Shown here one piece after another: positions 57,275 to 64,000 of a stretch of 64,000 bases of DNA. The DNA is from an uncultured Saprospiraceae bacterium (lineage in GTDB: Bacteria > Bacteroidota > Bacteroidia > Chitinophagales > Saprospiraceae). Within the stretch, counting starts at the first letter, position 1. Each line of letters begins with the position of its first letter. The notes under the pieces are model-generated. The model did not search any database and was not told where the DNA came from. It saw only the letters and a program-made list of their open reading frames with translations. The position numbers and the translations under genes were made by a program. The stretch is taken from contig CALLXF010000017.1 in assembly GCA_938015805.1 (NCBI GenBank), forward strand, positions 3,513-67,512. Direction: 5' to 3'.

Positions 57275-57318
57275 GCCTCGAACATCCCATTAGTATTAGA
57301 GGTTCGAGGCTTTTGTTT
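57275..57318 (+). terminator. Orphan plus-strand intrinsic terminator in an ORF-free region
   Basis: GCCTCGAAC-18 nt-GTTCGAGGC followed by TTTTGTTT. It lies about 400 nt downstream of the nadC stop, with no ORF in between. Confidence 0.6.
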
Positions 57319-57361
57319 ATTGTGCTGCTTTTAAAAACAGCAGGTTGTAAAGTGTTCTATC

Positions 57362-57472
57362 TCACAAGCCAGGATATGTAAAAATCAGAAAACTGAGTAA
57401 TGCACCAATGAGCAGTAAAGCGGTCCAAAATCGGACATCTTTGACCACGCCTTCGTCGTCTTGTTGAAACAT
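57362..57472 (-). CDS. Candidate 36-aa single-pass membrane peptide (below the ORF-track size cutoff)
   Basis: Translation is MFQQDDEGVVKDVRFWTALLLIGALLSFLIFTYPGL. It is visibly more GC-rich than the surrounding non-coding DNA. I know of no homology. Confidence 0.3.
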   Translation of the reverse strand: MFQQDDEGVVKDVRFWTALLLIGALLSFLIFTYPGL

Positions 57473-57788
57473 ATGAGTGTTGTTTTGGTTAATGTGTTGG
57501 TTTTTAACATATCCACTTCTTTAAGCAGTGACATAATATATCGGGCTCGTCTTCCCGACACTACTTACTAAACCAAAACGATACCATCAACTTTTTCTAT
57601 AATGTGTAAGTTATACCTCATAATACCTCTAATAGTAGGGTAGTACGTACATGACTTTTATATTGAAGTATTATGTAGTGATTAACTACGTTTTACATAT
57701 GTAACAAATAGTTTATTTCCATAATGGATCATAAAACGGGTACCTAAAAAATACCCAAAAACTTTAGATGAGAATTTTTAAGCCAGAC

Positions 57789-58814
57789 TTATTTAATGGC
57801 TTTTTTTATTTTTTTTATAAGCATCGGTCCTTCGTAAACCATCCCACTATACACTTGTACTAGAGACGCTCCTGCATCGATTTTATCCTGAGCATCTTTT
57901 CCAGATCGGATACCTCCGACTCCGATGATTGGAAAGCTGCCACCAGAATGATCCGCAAGGTATTTAATCACCGCAGTGGCTTTAGAAGTCATTGCTTTGC
58001 CACTGAGACCACCGTTACCAATGTTTTCTACAGTGCTTTGATCTGTGGATAATCCTGATCTATCTATGGTCGTATTAGTAGCGATGAGACCGTCGAGCCT
58101 TGTTTCTTTTACAATGGCTATAATATCATCTAGCTGTCCCTCAGTTAGATCAGGAGCTATTTTTAGAAGTATAGGCTTGGATATAGATTTAGTTTTACGC
58201 TGATCTATTAAAAGTGATAACAATTTAGTAAGAGGCTCTTTTTCTTGTAATTCTCTTAGTCCAGGAGTGTTAGGCGAACTCACATTTACTACAAAATAAT
58301 CGACGAAGTCATATAACTTATCAAAACAGATTAGATAATCTTCATGAGCCTTATCGTTAGGAGTAGTTTTGTTTTTACCGATGTTACCACCGATGATTAC
58401 ATTAGTTTTTTTTCTGTTTTTTAATCTCTCTACCATGGCATCTACACCATCGTTATTAAAACCCATTCTGTTTATGAGGGATTCGTCTTTAGGTAGTCTA
58501 AAGAGTCTCGGTTGCGGATTGCCTGCTTGTGCTCGTGGTGTCACAGTACCGATTTCTATAAACCCAAAACCCAGCTGAGACATCTGCTCGTAGTATTTAC
58601 CATCTTTATCAAATCCAGCTGCGAGACCTACAGGGTTTGGGAACTTAAGCCCAAAAACTTCTCGCTCAAGATCAGTATGTTCATATTTAAATGGAGCATT
58701 GATGATATTACGGAGGAGAGGAATATTGTTTGTAAATGAGTAGAGTCTAGTAGTAAAATGGTGAGCCTTTTCTGCATTCATTAAAAATAACAGTGGCTTC
58801 AGTAATTTATACAT
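57789..58814 (-). CDS. pyrD: Dihydroorotate dehydrogenase (quinone), class 2
   Basis: [32 protein letters not shown] and GGLSG motifs; 341 aa. Confidence 0.9.
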   Translation of the reverse strand: MYKLLKPLLFLMNAEKAHHFTTRLYSFTNNIPLLRNIINAPFKYEHTDLEREVFGLKFPNPVGLAAGFDKDGKYYEQMSQLGFGFIEIGTVTPRAQAGNPQPRLFRLPKDESLINRMGFNNDGVDAMVERLKNRKKTNVIIGGNIGKNKTTPNDKAHEDYLICFDKLYDFVDYFVVNVSSPNTPGLRELQEKEPLTKLLSLLIDQRKTKSISKPILLKIAPDLTEGQLDDIIAIVKETRLDGLIATNTTIDRSGLSTDQSTVENIGNGGLSGKAMTSKATAVIKYLADHSGGSFPIIGVGGIRSGKDAQDKIDAGASLVQVYSGMVYEGPMLIKKIKKAIK

Positions 58815-58815
58815 T

Positions 58816-60414
58816 TTATGGTTTTACATTGACAGTTATACGTTCTTCTCTATTAGCGAGTTCCCAAGTCGTATGGAAAATAAGTCTAGCGATTTTCTCC
58901 ATTTTATCAAACTGGATTTTATCTGCAGTATCCGTAGACATATGATAATCCTCATGTACACCACTAAAATAAAATATAGCAGGTATTCCTTTTACAGCAA
59001 AATTATAATGATCTGATCTGTAGTAATATCGATTAGGATCTGACTCTGAGTTATAGGTATAGTCTAATGTTATCTGAGCATACTTACTATTCATATCTTC
59101 ATTTATACGATGTAAGGTAGTACTCAATCTGTCAGAACCGATCACATAGATATAGTCAGGGTTATCTGTATAATTTTTATCTACTCTTCCGATCATATCT
59201 ACATTTACGTTTACCACAGTATTCTCCAATGGAAAAACAGGATTGCTCGCGTAAAAGGCCGAACCTAACAATCCTTTTTCTTCGCCAGTAACGTGTAGAC
59301 AAAGTACAGATCTTCTAGGACCATTACCTTCTTTTTTTGCTTGCACAAAAGCCTGAGCCATTTCCATTACTGCTGAGGTTCCGGATGCATTATCGTCAGC
59401 ACCATTATAAACATCATCTCCTTTTTTTCCGATATGATCGTAGTGGGCCGATACAACTACTATTTCTTCTTTTTTATCTGAACCTTCTATAAATCCTAGT
59501 ACGTTATGACCTTCTATAGAATTGATTTTTTTATTATTGACCATAGAGAAAAAAGTCTTGAATTTTACAGCCTTTGGCTTTCCAGAAGTTCTGCCCTTAT
59601 CTCTAGCCTTAATGATTTTATCTTCTGCCTCACCCCACAAGTCTTGAGCAGTATTTGGTGAGATGTAGATATGATTGGCTGTAGCCATATTTTTCTCTAC
59701 CACTTTACCTAACGTCATTGTAGGTCCTAATAAAATCTTTCTATTTTCTGCAAGCATCGCTTTGATATCATTAGCGATGATGAGTACCATTTTTGCTCCT
59801 TTCTCTTTTGCTACTTGTAGTTTTCTTTCTGTGGTCCAGGAATTATCTACCCAGTTTTTATTTTGATTAGGTAGACCCTCGTACATGAGGACAACCTTGT
59901 TTTTTACTTTGGCTTTTTTGTAGTCATTATAATTTTTATCAGCGATACCATATCCTATAAAAACGATCTCATCAGTCATAAGAGGAGGCATGCTGGTATT
60001 CTTAGTCGGGAATGCCAGGTAGTCCCATAGGTGACGATACTTTTTACGATTGATGATTACATTTGTTTCTTTCCAGCTGCTCCATGTAAATGCTACACTT
60101 TGTTTATGACCATTATCTTCGCCCACTTTTTTTGTACCTAGATTATCATAATAGTTAGAGATAAAATCTGCTGCTCTTGCATTGCCTGGAAAACCTGTTT
60201 CCCTACCTTCATATTCGTCTGAGGCTAAAATGGTCAGGTGTGCTTTTAATTCTTCTGCTGTAATTGTATTTGCGGCTTTTACACTTGGATCATTGGGGTT
60301 ATTATCAATCTGTTTAGTGGTATCAGGATATGTAATACTACTTATAAACTGACTATATAGAGGTAGGCTTATAGCCAATAAAAAAAAAGGTAAAACATGC
60401 TTGATCACATTCAT
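58816..60414 (-). CDS. Secreted M28-family zinc aminopeptidase with an inserted PA-like domain
   Basis: Signal peptide. M28 metal-ligand motifs [36 protein letters not shown] and SDHYNF. Confidence 0.8.
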   Translation of the reverse strand: MNVIKHVLPFFLLAISLPLYSQFISSITYPDTTKQIDNNPNDPSVKAANTITAEELKAHLTILASDEYEGRETGFPGNARAADFISNYYDNLGTKKVGEDNGHKQSVAFTWSSWKETNVIINRKKYRHLWDYLAFPTKNTSMPPLMTDEIVFIGYGIADKNYNDYKKAKVKNKVVLMYEGLPNQNKNWVDNSWTTERKLQVAKEKGAKMVLIIANDIKAMLAENRKILLGPTMTLGKVVEKNMATANHIYISPNTAQDLWGEAEDKIIKARDKGRTSGKPKAVKFKTFFSMVNNKKINSIEGHNVLGFIEGSDKKEEIVVVSAHYDHIGKKGDDVYNGADDNASGTSAVMEMAQAFVQAKKEGNGPRRSVLCLHVTGEEKGLLGSAFYASNPVFPLENTVVNVNVDMIGRVDKNYTDNPDYIYVIGSDRLSTTLHRINEDMNSKYAQITLDYTYNSESDPNRYYYRSDHYNFAVKGIPAIFYFSGVHEDYHMSTDTADKIQFDKMEKIARLIFHTTWELANREERITVNVKP

Positions 60415-60424
60415 AAGTAGTCTT

Positions 60425-60859
60425 TTAACAATTAGAGATTTTATCTACTCTTCTTTGATGTCGGCCTCCTTCGAATGGAGTCCCTAAAAAAGTAGTAATG
60501 ATTAATGAGGCCATTCTTTTAGAAATAAACCTTGCAGGTATAGATACTATATTAGCATCATTATGCTGTCGTGCTAGTTTAGCAATTGTCGAGTTCCAGC
60601 ATAGAGCAGCACGTATTTTTTTATGCTTATTAGCAGCCATAGAGACTCCGTTTCCTGATCCACATATCAGTATTCCGTGTTGTACTTTATTACGGGATAC
60701 ATCTTTGCAGACAGGATGTACAAAATCAGGATAGTCTACGGAGTCAGTAGAATGTGTTCCGTGATCAATAACTTCATATCCTTTTTTAATCAGATTTTTT
60801 TTGATTACTTCCTTATAATCATAACCTGCATGATCACAACCGAGTGCAATTTTTATCAT
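60425..60859 (-). CDS. rpiB: Ribose-5-phosphate isomerase B
   Basis: MIKIALGCDHAGY and ICGSGNGVSMAANK motifs; 144 aa. Confidence 0.9.
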   Translation of the reverse strand: MIKIALGCDHAGYDYKEVIKKNLIKKGYEVIDHGTHSTDSVDYPDFVHPVCKDVSRNKVQHGILICGSGNGVSMAANKHKKIRAALCWNSTIAKLARQHNDANIVSIPARFISKRMASLIITTFLGTPFEGGRHQRRVDKISNC

Positions 60860-63800
60860 CTTTTTAATCCGCCTTGTTCTCTAATTTTTCTAATATCATA
60901 TTTTCCGAGGAGCTCTTTAGTAGTTGCAGTAAACTCTGGGTCACCTAGACGATCTACACCACCCAGAATATCGTTTGCTCCTCTAAGTCCGATTCTAAAT
61001 TCGTCCTCAAAACTTCTAAATTCGTCATCTGCTAAGCTATCAGCAAAAGTCAGTCTCGCTACTATCTCGTCAGATAAAATCTGCATATGTTTTTTTGCTT
61101 CGTCCATTTCTCCTGCGTTTATTAAAACATCTATAAAAGGAAAAACAGTAGGATCGTAAGGAAAATTAAAATGCGGAAAGGCACTAAAGTATTTTTTACT
61201 GATATCAGCCGCTTTCTCTTTTTTTCCTTGTCTCAGGAATGTATTGGCTGTTCTGATCATAACCATTTTCATTGCCTGTACTTCAGCAGCATAACTTCTG
61301 TTTACATAGACTTCATGAGTATCAAAATTACCCCACTTCCATTTATTCATGATATTATCATAAGCTTTCTCAGCATCCATTTTTCCGGATCCATAAATCA
61401 GTAAGCTTTCTTGTTCGCCTATATTCTTGTTAGGTACTAATCGTAATCCTAGTCCTTCTAGTTGCATGTAGTCATTAAGCTTCATTAGCTTTTCGTTTTT
61501 ACATGTAACAGCAAAGTATATCGGTCGATCATAAATATTAGAAGCTAAAAGATCTAATATTGCTAATTCGTCTTTAGACATAAAACCTTTAGTAAATCTA
61601 ATCGGAATCCTATCAACCACAGTAGTATCACTAGAAGAAGCTAGTCCAGAACTTATGGCTTTGTTACGATCTATAGGAATGTATAAGTTTTTACTTCTTG
61701 TAAAATTTTGCTCGTTTCCTTGATTGTCCTGAAGGACATTTTTCTTCGAATTTATAAATCTAAATTCGTCAAAAATATTTATTGGTCTCTCTACTTCTGG
61801 ACCACTTGTTTTACCCTGATTAAAGAAGAAGAGCTGGTTATTGTTTTTACCTCGATAGGCATCTGATGTGATTGTCATTTTAATCGGAGGCGAGTCATTT
61901 ACCTTAGCTCTAAGTTTATCTATATACCAGTCTACCTGTATAAGACTGAGGTTTACAACACGTACATCTCTACGTATGCCTTCTACTTCTTGAGCATACC
62001 ATACTGGATAAGTATCATTATCACCATAAGTAAAAATGATAGCATCTTTTTCTAAGGAGTTAAGGAAATTACTAGCATAATCCCGTGTCGCATAATGCCC
62101 TCTACGACTATGATCATCAAAGTTTTCAAAGCCCATAATCAGGGGAGCCGTTATGATGATTAATGTTGCTAGGATGCCTGCGGTTTTTTCTGGAAGGTTA
62201 GACAGATACTCTCTAAAAATACTAAAGAGGGCGACTACTGCCAGACCGATCCATATACAAAATGTAAATATCGATCCTGCGAGTACATAATCTCTTTCTC
62301 TAGGTTCGTTAGGAGGTTGATTAGAGTATATAATAATTCCGATACCTGTGATTAAGAATAGTACGAGTAATGCACTAAAATCCTTAGGCCGTTTATAAGC
62401 ATGGAAGAAAAACCCTAAGAATCCGAACAGGAATGGTAAAAAGTAGTAGTGATTTTTGGCTTTGTCTTGCATAGATTCTGGCTGAAGACTATCATCAAAT
62501 AATCGTGCTTTGTCTATAAATGATATTCCTGATTCCCAGTTTCCATCACTCTCATCCCATGGAAAATATCCCTGTTCTCCGTTTTGACGACCTACAAAGT
62601 TCCACATAAAGTATCGTCCATACATGTACTTTAGTTGATATTCCCACAGGAAGCCTAAGTTATATTTCATTCCAGGTCTACCTTTAGGTTTTTTCCCATC
62701 ATTAAGATATTTTCTCCATATCTCATGTAACTGGGCTCTATCACTATGTCCTGCTCTAGGAAATAAAACTTCGTCTCTAGCTGGATAGCTGTAAGAGAAT
62801 TTTTCGTCAATGATTTTATAACGATCTTCTACAAGTCCATATCTATCACTACGTTCCATTCTTTCTGGTTCTGAGTCATATAAAGGACCTTTTAGTAATG
62901 GACGTTCTCCGTATTGTTCTCTATTTAAGTAAGGTAAAAGTCTAGTGGCATCACTAGGAACATTCATGTTTATAGGAGTATCTGCATTAGCACGTATCGG
63001 AACTACTCCTAATGTAGAAAATCCGATTACAACCATGGCAGCAGCCATTGTAAATAACTGTAATGTGTGACTACCTTTTTTCTGAGCAAACATAAACAAT
63101 GCCGCAATAAGACCTATTACTATAATCATGGTAGGTATGAGTCCAGAATGCACGGGTGCTCCCAGACTATTGACCATAAACAATTCGAAATTTTTCCAAA
63201 CCGTCGGTATTCCTGCTACTACGCCTTTCATTACAAATGCTATAGCGATGACACCGAGTATTAGGCTAAGGCCGATTCCTAGAATACTAACCCCTTTATT
63301 CTTCTTGAAATAATATAATAATCCGATTGCTGGAAATGTCAGAATACTTAATAAGTGAACCCCGATAGAAAGTCCAGCTGAATATGCTGCTAGAACAAGC
63401 CATCTATCTGTTTGCTTAGAGTCGGGTAAGTAATACCATTTTACGGCTGCCCAGAATGTAAAAGCCGTAAAGAAAGTAGACATTGCATATACTTCTCCCT
63501 CTACTGCAGAAAACCATATCGATGTACTAAAAGCTGTCGCTAATCCACTTACCACTCCTGCTCCTGCTAGGACAAGATTATCTGTATTATTTGTTTTTTC
63601 TGATCTTCCTTTGAGTAATAATTTACCCATCATCATTGTGATCCAGCATACCATGAGAGCCGTCAGAGCCCCAAAAAACCCAGACATTACATTAACCATA
63701 AAGGCTATGTGGGTGGGATTATCACTAAATACCTCGGCTGCAAAAGTAAACATACGCCCGATAAGCATAAAAAGTGGAGCACCTGGAGGGTGTACTACCT

Positions 63801-63939
63801 CTAGTTTATAAGCAGCGAGAATAAACTCACCACAATCCCACAAACTACCTGAAGATTCCGCAGAAAAGAAAAAGACGATAAAAGTGATCAAAAAGACCGC
63901 AATTCCACTGATGCGAGATACTCGATTGAAACTGTCCAT
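60856..63939 (-). CDS. DUF2723 (TMEM260-like, GT-C-fold) polytopic membrane protein with a TPR-like C-terminal domain; putative glycosyltransferase
   Basis: N-terminal SGSLWDCGEFILAAYKLEVVHPPGAPLF, which is characteristic of DUF2723. It has more than 10 TM segments and a helical-repeat C-terminus. It overlaps the rpiB start by 4 nt (ATGA). Confidence 0.7.
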   Translation of the reverse strand: MDSFNRVSRISGIAVFLITFIVFFFSAESSGSLWDCGEFILAAYKLEVVHPPGAPLFMLIGRMFTFAAEVFSDNPTHIAFMVNVMSGFFGALTALMVCWITMMMGKLLLKGRSEKTNNTDNLVLAGAGVVSGLATAFSTSIWFSAVEGEVYAMSTFFTAFTFWAAVKWYYLPDSKQTDRWLVLAAYSAGLSIGVHLLSILTFPAIGLLYYFKKNKGVSILGIGLSLILGVIAIAFVMKGVVAGIPTVWKNFELFMVNSLGAPVHSGLIPTMIIVIGLIAALFMFAQKKGSHTLQLFTMAAAMVVIGFSTLGVVPIRANADTPINMNVPSDATRLLPYLNREQYGERPLLKGPLYDSEPERMERSDRYGLVEDRYKIIDEKFSYSYPARDEVLFPRAGHSDRAQLHEIWRKYLNDGKKPKGRPGMKYNLGFLWEYQLKYMYGRYFMWNFVGRQNGEQGYFPWDESDGNWESGISFIDKARLFDDSLQPESMQDKAKNHYYFLPFLFGFLGFFFHAYKRPKDFSALLVLFLITGIGIIIYSNQPPNEPRERDYVLAGSIFTFCIWIGLAVVALFSIFREYLSNLPEKTAGILATLIIITAPLIMGFENFDDHSRRGHYATRDYASNFLNSLEKDAIIFTYGDNDTYPVWYAQEVEGIRRDVRVVNLSLIQVDWYIDKLRAKVNDSPPIKMTITSDAYRGKNNNQLFFFNQGKTSGPEVERPINIFDEFRFINSKKNVLQDNQGNEQNFTRSKNLYIPIDRNKAISSGLASSSDTTVVDRIPIRFTKGFMSKDELAILDLLASNIYDRPIYFAVTCKNEKLMKLNDYMQLEGLGLRLVPNKNIGEQESLLIYGSGKMDAEKAYDNIMNKWKWGNFDTHEVYVNRSYAAEVQAMKMVMIRTANTFLRQGKKEKAADISKKYFSAFPHFNFPYDPTVFPFIDVLINAGEMDEAKKHMQILSDEIVARLTFADSLADDEFRSFEDEFRIGLRGANDILGGVDRLGDPEFTATTKELLGKYDIRKIREQGGLKR

Positions 63940-64000
63940 AAATTAATTATTTATAAGAATGGCATTGCTAAATAATAGAGACAAATGTACTTATATATTA

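Noticed and set aside
56878-57318. tmRNA, SRP RNA or RNase P RNA in the nadC-pyrD spacer (the region starts with GGGG and ends at a GGTTCGAGGC hairpin)
   Set aside because: There is no tmRNA tag-ORF ending in ...ALAA-stop and no T-arm GGTTCGAATCC/ACCA end. The conserved SRP (GGAAG...) and RNase P (GAGGAAAGTCC) cores are absent. The region is kept only as a generic sRNA candidate.
1-64000. Sigma-54 promoters (TGGCAC-N5-TTGCW), given that rpoN is in the window, and Bacteroidetes -7 TAnnTTTG promoter boxes (for example TATATTTG at 38722-38729 and TATTTTTG at 28203-28210)
   Set aside because: No intergenic match has the correct GG/GC spacing for sigma-54. The TAnnTTTG matches lack a convincing -33 TTG partner. 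In DNA this AT-rich they are expected by chance, so they are not reported as features.

Overview
AT-rich chromosomal segment that looks like Bacteroidota, probably Flavobacteriia. The evidence for this is four large secreted proteins ending in T9SS Por-type C-terminal sorting domains, a GldB-like gliding lipoprotein, rpoN, an ECF sigma factor, many lipoprotein signals and no obvious Shine-Dalgarno use. I support about 48 protein-coding genes, one tRNA-Cys(GCA) and several intrinsic terminators. I found no rRNA, CRISPR array, transposase, integrase or phage genes. Most of the window is housekeeping: ALDH7-type dehydrogenase, LOG, rnhB, prfA, galK, rpoN, xth, tatA, nadC, pyrD, rpiB, aminopeptidase P and an M28 peptidase. 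Accessory content is mostly cell-surface: a 5'-truncated HYR/cohesin/dockerin protein, a 2140-aa vWA adhesin with eight 465-bp tandem repeats, an M43 protease with CUB-like domains, and a PKD protein. I see no recognisable defence system. The best candidates for something undescribed are listed here.
- An AT-rich three-gene island (9324-13944) encoding an apparently exported TPR-CHAT protease, divergent from a lipoprotein plus HExxH-protein operon.
- A strongly over-represented 15-bp palindrome, TTGGCTT(T/A)AAGCCAA, found in different reading-frame contexts and in intergenic DNA.
- A two-lipoprotein LVIVD (2+5 blades) plus small beta-barrel operon.
- A 907-bp ORF-free region carrying an orphan terminator.
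All functional calls come from motif recognition by eye; no searches were run.
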